Assembly (NCBI GenBank): GCA_002410925.1
Contig: DHPR01000015.1
Location: 1-64,000, forward strand
Direction: 5' to 3'
Origin: a bacterium UBP13_UBA5359
GTDB lineage: Bacteria > UBP13 > UBA5359
Length of the DNA: 64,000 nt
The translations under genes were made by a program, and so were the position numbers. Shown in pieces: positions 10,141 through 18,842 of the stretch. Position 1 is the stretch's first letter. Each line of letters opens with the position of its first letter. Below the pieces are notes generated by a model. It searched no databases. It had not been told where the DNA came from and saw only the letters and a program-made list of their open reading frames with translations.

Positions 10141-10634
10141 AGAAGGCTATGCTTATCAACGCCCAGTTGATATATCTGGCTGCTGTGGCGGCGCAACTTA
10201 TAATGGGCGGCATCTTCGTTCCCGATTTTTTGCGACCGGATATTTTCATAGTGACGGCCGTCATGCTCTTAATAAGATGCGAGACACGGCATACGGTATG
10301 GCTGGGACTCTCTGCCGGACTATGGTATGCTCTTTATCTGTCGGGGTCAGGCCGTTTAATGATAATTTCATTCTTTCTTATCTCAATAATATCTGCCTAT
10401 ATAAAAGATATGGCTTTTTTTGAGCATAAGCTCTTGCCGGCGTTGTTGGTGTCGGCTATATATGCCCTAACGAGGCTCGGCGGGCTTATTGCCGGTTATA
10501 TATGGCATAAGGGCGTTGGAAGTATTTCGGCCGGTATATTGCCAACAATTATCTGCTCTCTTCTGCTTAATATAATGATAGAAGGCTTATCACGGCGATA
10601 CAGTATTGAGCGAAGAGGAAGTGTCTGCTTATAA
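10137..10634 (+). CDS. mreD: MreD-like membrane protein (divergent)
   Basis: 165-aa hydrophobic protein with RPDIF near the N-terminus; ATGA overlap with mreC. Confidence 0.65.
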   Translation: MKKAMLINAQLIYLAAVAAQLIMGGIFVPDFLRPDIFIVTAVMLLIRCETRHTVWLGLSAGLWYALYLSGSGRLMIISFFLISIISAYIKDMAFFEHKLLPALLVSAIYALTRLGGLIAGYIWHKGVGSISAGILPTIICSLLLNIMIEGLSRRYSIERRGSVCL

Positions 10635-10707
10635 GGTCGGTGGCAAAGGTAATAAATGACTGTAAATGACCGATAATTACACATCGAAGAGTAAGGAGGA
10701 AAATGAG

Positions 10708-11181
10708 ATGACCGGTATGGAAGAGAAAAGAGGAGTTTTGGGCAAAATTATTGCAGCTTTGTCATTAGGCGCGTTGATCGGTGGAATTAGCGGAGTGCTC
10801 TTTGCGCCGAAAGCCGGTAAAGAGACCAGAGAGGACTTAGCCAGGAGGGCTACAGAGGCTGAAGAGACCCTGAAGGAGAAGGTGGACGAGCTTAAAGAAA
10901 AGGCAGCGGAACTTCAGAAGAAGGCTGCTGAAGTCAAGAAAAATGCAACAAACCAAGCTGCCCACCTTCAGGAGGAGATTACGGATATATCCGGCAAGGT
11001 TAAGGATGGTATGGACAAGGCTGTGGACCGTATGAAGGATACGGTTGCGAAGGGTAAAGATATCCTGGCAGAAAAACGCACAGGCCTGGGCATGAAAACT
11101 GCTGAAGAGGTTAAAGAGGGTATGTCGGCTGAGGATACAAAGGATAATGCGAGCTCTGCTGAAGAGGCGGATGATAGCTGA
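10708..11181 (+). CDS. YtxH-domain general stress protein
   Basis: GALIGGISGVLFAPKAGKETREDL followed by a hydrophilic helical region. Start set to ATG 10708 after AAGGAGG. Confidence 0.88.
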   Translation: MTGMEEKRGVLGKIIAALSLGALIGGISGVLFAPKAGKETREDLARRATEAEETLKEKVDELKEKAAELQKKAAEVKKNATNQAAHLQEEITDISGKVKDGMDKAVDRMKDTVAKGKDILAEKRTGLGMKTAEEVKEGMSAEDTKDNASSAEEADDS

Positions 11182-11203
11182 GCAGCTATGAAAGGGTGAT
11201 GTT

Positions 11204-11548
11204 ATGGACATCAAGGTTGAAGTCGAAAGCGTCGATGAGGTAATCGCGGTGGTCGAGATCGGCGGCGAGATGGACGTATTTACAGCACCGGCCATAAAAA
11301 AGAGAGTAACGGAAGTTATCGATTCTGGAAGGCGGTTCATTATTATGGACCTTGGCGGAGTAACGTATATAGATAGTACGGGGCTCGGATTGCTCATAAG
11401 CATATTGAAAAGGGTTCGTGAAAAAGAGGGCGACTTAAGGATTGTTGGCGTAACCAAGCAGGTGCAAAAAGTATTGGATATAACCGGATTGAATAAAATA
11501 CTGGAAATTAAAAGTAATGTGGGGGAGGCAATAAAGGATTGGCGTTAA
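11204..11548 (+). CDS. rsbV: Anti-sigma factor antagonist (STAS; RsbV/SpoIIAA family)
   Basis: GEMDVFTAP, DLGGVTYIDSTGLG with the phospho-acceptor Ser, and VLDITGL. Confidence 0.92.
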   Translation: MDIKVEVESVDEVIAVVEIGGEMDVFTAPAIKKRVTEVIDSGRRFIIMDLGGVTYIDSTGLGLLISILKRVREKEGDLRIVGVTKQVQKVLDITGLNKILEIKSNVGEAIKDWR

Positions 11549-11964
11549 ATGATAGTGCAGCGGGTGCAGGTTTAGGTAAGGTTGAGCTAAAGATACCGCG
11601 CAGGCCTGAATTTGTTGCGGTTGCCAGATTAACGGTGTCTGGTGTTGCCAGTCGCCTTTCGTTCAGTTATGAGGATATCGAGGATATAAAGATAGCCGTC
11701 GCAGAGGCTTGCACACATGCTATTCAGCACAAGGCTGTCATAACTGATGAGATAAGGATACTCTGCACCTTTGATGATTCTCATCTGGCAGTAAGCATTG
11801 GGAGCGGAAGGGGAACGTTTAAGGAGGGGGTGAAGACCGGCGACGTCGCGGATGCACGCAGCCTGGGCATCTTCCTTATCGAAAGCCTGATGGATGACGT
11901 CAGCTATGCTGAGATGGAAGATGGCACCGAATATATCAGAATGGTCAAAAACCTATTGAGGTGA
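11539..11964 (+). CDS. rsbW: RsbW-family anti-sigma factor with degenerate kinase motifs
   Basis: LKIP..PEFVAVARLTVSGVASRLSFSYEDIEDIKIAVAEACT closely matches RsbW, as does LGIFLIESLMDDV. The N-box and G1-box are altered (see findings). Confidence 0.88.
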   Translation: MALNDSAAGAGLGKVELKIPRRPEFVAVARLTVSGVASRLSFSYEDIEDIKIAVAEACTHAIQHKAVITDEIRILCTFDDSHLAVSIGSGRGTFKEGVKTGDVADARSLGIFLIESLMDDVSYAEMEDGTEYIRMVKNLLR

Positions 11965-11967
11965 ACG

Positions 11968-12756
11968 ATGACGCCGACTGGCAAAGAGGATTATCAGACT
12001 GAGGATAAAGAGGCGATCCGAGAGCTATTTGTCGCTTACAAGACAACCGGCGACAATGAACTTAGGGACCGCCTCATACTTTTGTTTCTTAATCTTGTAC
12101 ATTTTCTGGCTAAGAAGTTTGCCTACAGGGGCGAGGCTCTTGAGGATCTGGTTCAAGTAGGAACGATAGGTCTTATCAAGGCTATCGATCGGTATGATCT
12201 TGGGCGCGGAGTGGAGTTTTCCACCTATGCTACGCCTACGATCGTTGGGGAGATTAAGAGATACTTCCGCGATAAGGGCTGGGCGCTAAAAGTGCCGCGG
12301 CGCCTTCAAGAACTTAATATGCTGGTTTCCAGAAAATCAGAGGAGCTTGCCGGCCGATTAGGGCATTCTCCTACGCCTGCCGAGATAGCTAAAGCTCTCT
12401 CGGTTACGGAGGAAGAGGTGCTTGAAGCCGCTGAAATGGGGCAGGTATATAATGTCCTTTCTCTGGAAGCAGAGGTAAATGTCGATAGCGAGAAGAACGG
12501 CTTTTCTCTGCTCGATTATATCGGCGAAAAGGATCCTCAACTAGAGAGAATCGGCGATATAACTAATCTTAAAGAAGCGATGATGGAGCTTACCAGGCGT
12601 GAACGCATAGTAATTTACCTTCGTTTTTATGAGAATCTCTCACAGATTGAAATAGCCAAGCGTCTGGGAATGTCACAGATGCATGTATCCAGAATACAGC
12701 ATAAGGCCCTTGATAAGCTGCGCCTCAATCTTAACGATGCGGATATTGACGTATAG
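11968..12756 (+). CDS. sigB: SigB/SigF-family RNA polymerase sigma factor
   Basis: EDLVQVGTIGLIKAIDRYD, FSTYATPTIVGEIKRYFRDKGW..KVPRRLQEL, SQ.EIA.RLGMSQMHVSR; downstream of rsbVW. Confidence 0.9.
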   Translation: MTPTGKEDYQTEDKEAIRELFVAYKTTGDNELRDRLILLFLNLVHFLAKKFAYRGEALEDLVQVGTIGLIKAIDRYDLGRGVEFSTYATPTIVGEIKRYFRDKGWALKVPRRLQELNMLVSRKSEELAGRLGHSPTPAEIAKALSVTEEEVLEAAEMGQVYNVLSLEAEVNVDSEKNGFSLLDYIGEKDPQLERIGDITNLKEAMMELTRRERIVIYLRFYENLSQIEIAKRLGMSQMHVSRIQHKALDKLRLNLNDADIDV

Positions 12757-12810
12757 ACCTTTGTGAAGTAGACTACCTGAATAGTTACTATTCTTCAGGC
12801 AGACAAAGGT
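12757..12810 (+). terminator. Long imperfect hairpin after sigB (possible terminator or processing stem)
   Basis: Outer stem ACCTTTGT/ACAAAGGT encloses CCTGAATAGT/ACTATTC-TTCAGG. There is no clear U-tract. Confidence 0.4.
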
Positions 12811-12856
12811 GAAAGCTGAATTTCTCTCTGTTTGAGTGGTTTTACGGGGGATAAGC

Positions 12857-15517
12857 ATGACATCCAATGAGATCAGAAGAGCATTTCTGGATTTTTTCAA
12901 GGAAAAGCAGCATAAGGAGCTGCCCAGTGCTTCCTTGATACCGGATGATCCGACACTATTATTTACCATTGCCGGCATGGTGCCGTTTAAGCCTATATTT
13001 CAGGGAAAGAAGGAACCGGTTTTTACCAGAGCTACCACTGCTCAAAAATGTATCAGAACCAATGATATAGATAGAGTGGGGTATACTGCACGGCATCATA
13101 CTTTTTTTGAAATGCTTGGCAATTTTTCTTTCGGTGACTATTACAAACGAGAAGCTATCTCATGGGCCTGGGAGTTCCTCTTCAAGAGGCTGGAATTGCC
13201 GGCAGAGAAGGCGCATATAGGGATTTATAAGGATGATGAAGAGAGTTACGATATCTGGCATAAAGAGATAGGCGTTCCCGATAATAGAATATATCGGCTG
13301 GGCGAGGAGAGTAATTTCTGGGCGGCGGGGCCTACCGGCCCCTGTGGTCCGTGCTCCGAGATATATATCGATAAAGGTCAGGAATATGGCTGTGGTCGTG
13401 ATGAATGCAATATCGAGTGTGATTGCGGACGTTACCTGGAAATATGGAATCTGGTCTTCATGCAATATGAACGGGATGAGAGTGGCAATTTGTCACCGTT
13501 GCCACGAAAGAATATAGATACTGGTGTCGGACTGGAGCGCTTGGCTTCAGTATTACAGGAAGCGGACAGCAACTTTGAAACGGATCTTTTTCTTCCGGTG
13601 ATGGAAGCCATAGAGAAGCTGTCAACCGGCGAGGATAATGAAGAAGCTAAACGCATAATAGCTAAAAGGATTATCGCCGATCATATCAGAGCAATGGCTT
13701 TTCTGATAGCAGATGGCATCGTTCCCTCAAATGAGGGGCGTGGCTATGTTTTGCGTCGCATAATAAGACGTGCTGTCAGAACGGGTCGAACTCTTGGAAT
13801 AAACGAGCCCTTCTTACCTCGTATACTGCCTATTATTATAGCTGATATGGGAGAACATTATCATGAATTACGCGAGCGCCGAGATATCATTGAAAAAATC
13901 TGTTCGATTGAGGAGGAGCGCTTCCGTTCCACGATCGAGCAGGGAGAGGCTCTGTTAAATGAGGAGATTACCCGTTTGAATACGGCTGGTGATAACATGA
14001 TATCCGGAGAGACCGCTTTCAAGCTATACGATACCTACGGCTATCCAGTGGAATTAACCAGGGAGATTGCTGAAGACAGAGGCTTGATAGTTGATGGTGC
14101 GGGCTTTGAAAGGTTGATGGAGGAACAGAAGATCAGAGCCAGGGAAGCCAGAAGGGCATCGCTATCGTCGGATTCCGGCAAAGCAACCACAGATATTCAG
14201 GAACTAGAAAGCAAGCTGGCATTGGAATGGGGCAAAACGGAGTTTATCGGATACTCGCAGCTTGAATTGACAACCGTGGTAAAGGCCATACTAAAGCATG
14301 GGAGCGTGATATCTGACATTTCCAGCGGGCATAATGCTGAAATCGTGCTGGCGATGACTCCCTTTTACGTGGAGAAGGGCGGCCAGGTCTCTGATACGGG
14401 AACTCTCTATTGGCCTGGCGGTGAGGCTAAAGTTAACGGCTTGCGTGAGGGTGCAGGCGGGGTTATTTTTCATTCTGTAACGATCATCTCCGGTACTCTG
14501 AAAAGGGATGAGGAGCTGCACGCTGTTGTTGATGCCGGCAGAAGGGCGGATATAGCCAGAAATCATACTGCAGCTCATCTATTGCACGCATCGTTGCGAC
14601 ATGTTTTGGGATGCCATGTAGTCCAGGCGGGGTCAATGGTGGATGCAGAGAGACTGCGCTTTGATTTTTCTCATTTTTCCGCTCCTTCAAAAGAGGAGCT
14701 GGCATCCGTAGAGGCGATGGTGAATGAACAGATCTGGCTGAACACGCCTGTAGATACCGTTGTAACCGATCTTGCCGCTGCCAGGGATATGGGGGCGATA
14801 GCGCTCTTTGGCGAGAAATACGGGGGCCAGGTCAGAGTGATCAAGATTGGTGATTTCAGCCTGGAGCTCTGCGGCGGAACGCATGTGAGGTCTGTCGGTG
14901 AACTGGGCTGTTTCAAGATTCTTTCCGAGAGCAGCGTCGGTTCAGGCATAAGGCGCATAGAGGCATTGACCGGGCGCAATTCATTTAATTATATCAATGA
15001 GCAGGCGGACATGATAACGGCCTTGTCCTCTATGTTGAAATCGGGGGCTAAGGATCTGCCGGAAAGAATAGCAAAGCTTATCAAGGGTGAAAAGGAGGCG
15101 GAGCGAACCATCAGAAGCCTGCGTGCTGATCTTGCTCTGGCAAGTATTTCCGATCTGCTCTCTTCAGCTATAGATATTGGCGGCATAAAAGTTGTAGCTG
15201 CCGTTCTTAAAGATGCAGATGCTGCGGGTCTTCGATCAATGGCTGATAATCTCAAGAATCGGATTGGCGACGGAGTTATTATTCTGGGAAGCGTTAGCGA
15301 TGGCAGTGCCCAGATGGTCGTCAGCATCGGCGAGGAGGCTCGGAGACGTTGTGCTAATGCCGGTAAGATAGTAAAAGAGATGGCTAAAGTGGTTGGCGGC
15401 GGCGGCGGCGGTAGGCCTGATATGGCTCAGGCAGGCGGCCCGGATGGAAGGCGTATTGCTGAAGCCGTTCAAAAGGGACGGGAGATAATGATGAAATTGT
15501 TGGCACATCGGAGTTGA
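12857..15517 (+). CDS. alaS: Alanine--tRNA ligase
   Basis: DPTLLFT.AGMVPFK, RHHTFFEMLGNFSFGDYYK, GPCGPCSEI, NHTAAHLLH, ELCGGTHV, GGGGGGRPDMAQAGG. Start set to ATG 12857. Confidence 0.98.
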   Translation: MTSNEIRRAFLDFFKEKQHKELPSASLIPDDPTLLFTIAGMVPFKPIFQGKKEPVFTRATTAQKCIRTNDIDRVGYTARHHTFFEMLGNFSFGDYYKREAISWAWEFLFKRLELPAEKAHIGIYKDDEESYDIWHKEIGVPDNRIYRLGEESNFWAAGPTGPCGPCSEIYIDKGQEYGCGRDECNIECDCGRYLEIWNLVFMQYERDESGNLSPLPRKNIDTGVGLERLASVLQEADSNFETDLFLPVMEAIEKLSTGEDNEEAKRIIAKRIIADHIRAMAFLIADGIVPSNEGRGYVLRRIIRRAVRTGRTLGINEPFLPRILPIIIADMGEHYHELRERRDIIEKICSIEEERFRSTIEQGEALLNEEITRLNTAGDNMISGETAFKLYDTYGYPVELTREIAEDRGLIVDGAGFERLMEEQKIRAREARRASLSSDSGKATTDIQELESKLALEWGKTEFIGYSQLELTTVVKAILKHGSVISDISSGHNAEIVLAMTPFYVEKGGQVSDTGTLYWPGGEAKVNGLREGAGGVIFHSVTIISGTLKRDEELHAVVDAGRRADIARNHTAAHLLHASLRHVLGCHVVQAGSMVDAERLRFDFSHFSAPSKEELASVEAMVNEQIWLNTPVDTVVTDLAAARDMGAIALFGEKYGGQVRVIKIGDFSLELCGGTHVRSVGELGCFKILSESSVGSGIRRIEALTGRNSFNYINEQADMITALSSMLKSGAKDLPERIAKLIKGEKEAERTIRSLRADLALASISDLLSSAIDIGGIKVVAAVLKDADAAGLRSMADNLKNRIGDGVIILGSVSDGSAQMVVSIGEEARRRCANAGKIVKEMAKVVGGGGGGRPDMAQAGGPDGRRIAEAVQKGREIMMKLLAHRS

Positions 15518-15966
15518 ATTTGAAAAAAGAAAAGCGCATTCTCGGTCTGGATGTCGGCGATAAAAGGATAGGTGTAGCTGTAAGCGATGAGTTGATGCTG
15601 ACGGCGCAACCGGTTGAAGTTATTCACAGGACTCTTTTGGAAAGTGATCTGGAGAGCATAGCAGAGCTGGCCGATATGTATGATGTGCGTCTGGTAGTGG
15701 TGGGCATGCCTCTGATGCTTGATAAAACTGTAGGCAGGCAGGCTGAGAAGGTAGAACACTTTGTAGCGGAGCTAAAAAAACGCCTGGATATGCCGGTTGA
15801 GACTATTGATGAGCGATTATCGACATCAATGGCTGAACGGGTTATGATAGATGCCGGGGTGAGAAGAAAGAAACGGCGCCAGTATATAGATGCTCTTGCG
15901 GCGGCGGGGATACTTCAAGTTTTTATGGACAGACAGCGCAATATGTCTGAGCACGATGCTGATTAG
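15514..15966 (+). CDS. ruvX: YqgF/RuvX pre-16S rRNA nuclease (Holliday junction resolvase-like)
   Basis: ILGLDVGDKRIGVAVSD, VVGMP, DERLST, IDALAAAGILQ. Confidence 0.95.
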   Translation: MNLKKEKRILGLDVGDKRIGVAVSDELMLTAQPVEVIHRTLLESDLESIAELADMYDVRLVVVGMPLMLDKTVGRQAEKVEHFVAELKKRLDMPVETIDERLSTSMAERVMIDAGVRRKKRRQYIDALAAAGILQVFMDRQRNMSEHDAD

Positions 15967-16002
15967 TATATAAATCAGCCAATAATACGATGGAGGTATG
16001 AT

Positions 16003-16263
16003 ATGGCCGAAAATGAAAAGATGGAAAGGCTTGTATTGGAGGATGAGGAAGGCAACGAAGAGCAGTTCACGATCATAGATATAATCGATGTTGATAATAA
16101 AACCTATGCTCTGCTGCATCCCGAAGATGGGGAAGAGGATGATGTCGTCGTCTATGCTGTGGAAGATGAAAATTTTCGCCCTCTCGAAGAGGATGAGCTG
16201 CAGGAGGCCATCGATGCCTTTGAAAAAACGGGTGAATATGAGATTTTTGATGCAGGTGAGTGA
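16003..16263 (+). CDS. DUF1292-family acidic protein
   Basis: LVLEDEEGNEEQF.IIDII.VD.K.YALL; conserved position after alaS-ruvX. Confidence 0.85.
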   Translation: MAENEKMERLVLEDEEGNEEQFTIIDIIDVDNKTYALLHPEDGEEDDVVVYAVEDENFRPLEEDELQEAIDAFEKTGEYEIFDAGE

Positions 16264-17300
16264 CGATAGCTTTAAAAACGGTCTCTGAAATATTTGAAAT
16301 ATATACCGGTGCAAGGAGGGGCATAATAAGGTATTTGTTCTCCTTTTTGCTGCTTCTGCTTGCATCGGCGGCAGGATTCCTGTTCGTCGTTTTAACTCCT
16401 CACAACAGTCCGGCGACTGCATTTGTCGTCGATCAGGGTATGTCCGCCGGGGCGGTGGCGGTAAGATTGGAGGAAAAAGGCGCTATCTCTTCATCCTTAA
16501 GCTTTCGGGTGCTTGTTAAGTTAACCGGCACGGCAAGAGATATCAAGGCGGGCGAATATGATCTCTCCGGACGCTGTAATCAGTGGCAGGTGCTGAAAGA
16601 TCTTGCCGGCGGCCGGGTTAAATACCATATCATTACTGTTCCCGAAGGGTATACGGTATCACAAATAGCGGACTTACTTCAAAAGAGCGGTGCCGGCAAC
16701 GGGGCGCAATTCAAGGCCGCAGCACGTATGGGGAATCCTTCCCGGCCTGCTCTGATTTATGCTATGGAAGGCTATTTATTCCCGGATACTTATAGGATAC
16801 CAACCGGCATGAAAGAATCGGCAATAGTGAATATGATGAATAGGCGCTTTAACGAGGTAACGGCGCCTCTTGATATGGCGCGGGTATCTGCCCAAAGAGG
16901 CTTGACTCCTCATAATTTGCTTACCATAGCTTCGCTTGTTGAGAAAGAGGCCGCGGTACCGGATGATAGAAGAGTGATCGCCTCGGTAATATATAACCGT
17001 TTATCGATGGGGATGAGGTTGGAATGTGATGCCACCGTGCAATATATTATGCCTGAACATAAAGAGAGAGTGCTTTATAAGGATTTGAAAATAGATTCGC
17101 CTTACAATACTTATCGGAATGCAGGATTGCCTCCCGGCCCGATAGCTAATCCGGGATTGGCCAGCTTAAAGGCTGCCCTGCAGCCTGCTAAAACCGATTA
17201 TTTCTTTTACGTCGCCGGGTCTGGCGGTCGCCATGTATTCAGTCGCACTTATCAGGAGCATCTTGAAGCGATATCCAGAATCAGAAGGGGTGTCCGTTAA
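16260..17300 (+). CDS. mltG: Endolytic transglycosylase MltG
   Basis: N-terminal TM, IKAGEY, TVPEG, EGYLFPDTY, ASLVEKEA, YNRL, DSPYNTY...GLPPGPIANPG. Confidence 0.95.
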   Translation: MTIALKTVSEIFEIYTGARRGIIRYLFSFLLLLLASAAGFLFVVLTPHNSPATAFVVDQGMSAGAVAVRLEEKGAISSSLSFRVLVKLTGTARDIKAGEYDLSGRCNQWQVLKDLAGGRVKYHIITVPEGYTVSQIADLLQKSGAGNGAQFKAAARMGNPSRPALIYAMEGYLFPDTYRIPTGMKESAIVNMMNRRFNEVTAPLDMARVSAQRGLTPHNLLTIASLVEKEAAVPDDRRVIASVIYNRLSMGMRLECDATVQYIMPEHKERVLYKDLKIDSPYNTYRNAGLPPGPIANPGLASLKAALQPAKTDYFFYVAGSGGRHVFSRTYQEHLEAISRIRRGVR

Positions 17301-17851
17301 TGCTGAAAAGAGGAATTATCGATTTTTTAACCCCTGATGATTATCATCCCAGGGTTGAAACAATAACCCCGGGGTTATTACTCGCCAAAGGCATCAAGGG
17401 TGTTATTACCGATCTGGATAATACTATTGTAATCTGGAACGATAGCTTTCTGCGAGAGAGCGTAAGAGAATGGATCTCTTTGCTCAAGGAAGCGGAAATC
17501 AGTATCTGTATAGCTTCCAACAGCAATAATATCGAAAGAGTACAGGCCATTGCCGATGATCTTTCCATACCTATGCTCTGCAGGTCGGCAAAGCCTTTGA
17601 AGTCTTCTTTTCTCAAAGCAATGCGTGTTCTCGGAACAGGCAGGGATAATACAGCTGTTGTAGGGGATCAACTCTTTACTGATATCTTGGGAGGCAATCG
17701 TCTTGGACTTCATACCATACTGGTGTCTCCCTTAAGTGAGAGAGATTTTGTCGCTACGCGTTTCATGCGTATTATAGAGAAGAGAATAATGAACCATCTG
17801 GTTGCGGCGGGCCGGTTGGCGCTATTTACAAAACTGCCGATGGAGGAATAG
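17300..17851 (+). CDS. yqeG: YqeG-family HAD IIIA phosphatase
   Basis: DLDNTI, SN, AKP, VVGDQLFTDILGGNRLGLHTILV.P. Confidence 0.92.
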   Translation: MLKRGIIDFLTPDDYHPRVETITPGLLLAKGIKGVITDLDNTIVIWNDSFLRESVREWISLLKEAEISICIASNSNNIERVQAIADDLSIPMLCRSAKPLKSSFLKAMRVLGTGRDNTAVVGDQLFTDILGGNRLGLHTILVSPLSERDFVATRFMRIIEKRIMNHLVAAGRLALFTKLPMEE

Positions 17852-17909
17852 GGAGAGTGGCGTTGAATTTATTAGTATATTTAGTATATCGAACATGGTG
17901 AAAAGAGAT

Positions 17910-18779
17910 ATGAAAGAGGTAATAACCGGCAAGACAAAGCTCTTTGCTCTGTTGGGGTGCCCTGTGTCGCATTCCCTTTCGCCCGTAATGCAGAATGCGG
18001 CTCTTTCTTATATCGGCGCGGATGCTAGATATATGGCCTTTGATGTCAAACCGGAATTTCTTTCCCAGGCGGTTGAGGGGCTCTTCCGGTCAGGCGTATC
18101 CGGAATTAATCTTACCGTACCGCATAAGGAAAAGGCTCTTCCTTTTATGAATGAGCTCTCGATTACCGCCGCTGCTGTCGGCGCTGTCAATACTATAGCC
18201 GTTAATGACGGCAGGATAACAGGCCATAATACCGATGTGTCGGGAATATTGCGAGCGCTGAAGGAAGATGCGGGCCGCGCCGTATCGGGTGAGCGATATG
18301 TCGTTTTGGGAGCCGGGGGGGCTGCCAGGGCTGTTGTATATGCTTTGCTTATCTCCGGAGCCGATAAGGTTTATCTGATCAATCGTACGGTTTCCAGAGC
18401 GGAGGAAGTATGCTTTGATTTTGAAGCTATTGCCGGAGGGCGCCTGCATTCTCTCTCTCTGAGAGATATTAATGTTCTGAACGGCGGCATCGATGGTCTC
18501 GTCAATGCGACATCTGTGGGATTGGATGATAATTCGTCACCTCTGAATGCTTGCGGTTATGATATAATAGAAAGAGGTATGCTGGTATATGATCTGATAT
18601 ATTCACCTTCTCCTACAGTATTGCTTCGTAAAGCTGCTGAAAGAGGGGCTTTAATTATGGATGGTCTGGGCATGCTGGTTTACCAGGGAGCTGAAGCCTT
18701 GAGAATATGGCTTAACAAAGAGGCTCCCGTAAAGATAATGAAGCAATCTCTTTTAAATTATCTGGGACGGGATACATAG
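17910..18779 (+). CDS. aroE: Shikimate dehydrogenase
   Basis: G.PVSHSLSP.MQN, NLTVPHKE, GAVNT, HNTD, LGAGGAARA, NRT, DLIYSP, GLGMLVYQG. Start moved to ATG 17910 (alternative 17895). Confidence 0.95.
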   Translation: MKEVITGKTKLFALLGCPVSHSLSPVMQNAALSYIGADARYMAFDVKPEFLSQAVEGLFRSGVSGINLTVPHKEKALPFMNELSITAAAVGAVNTIAVNDGRITGHNTDVSGILRALKEDAGRAVSGERYVVLGAGGAARAVVYALLISGADKVYLINRTVSRAEEVCFDFEAIAGGRLHSLSLRDINVLNGGIDGLVNATSVGLDDNSSPLNACGYDIIERGMLVYDLIYSPSPTVLLRKAAERGALIMDGLGMLVYQGAEALRIWLNKEAPVKIMKQSLLNYLGRDT

Positions 18780-18842
18780 CTTCTCTTCAGATGGAGCATG
18801 GGCTGCAACCGACTTAGAGGTAGATGGAGGATATAGGATATT

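Noticed and set aside
12757-12856. T-box riboswitch upstream of alaS
   Set aside because: The intergenic region is only 100 bp, with no GGTGGNACC T-box, specifier stem or terminator/antiterminator pair.
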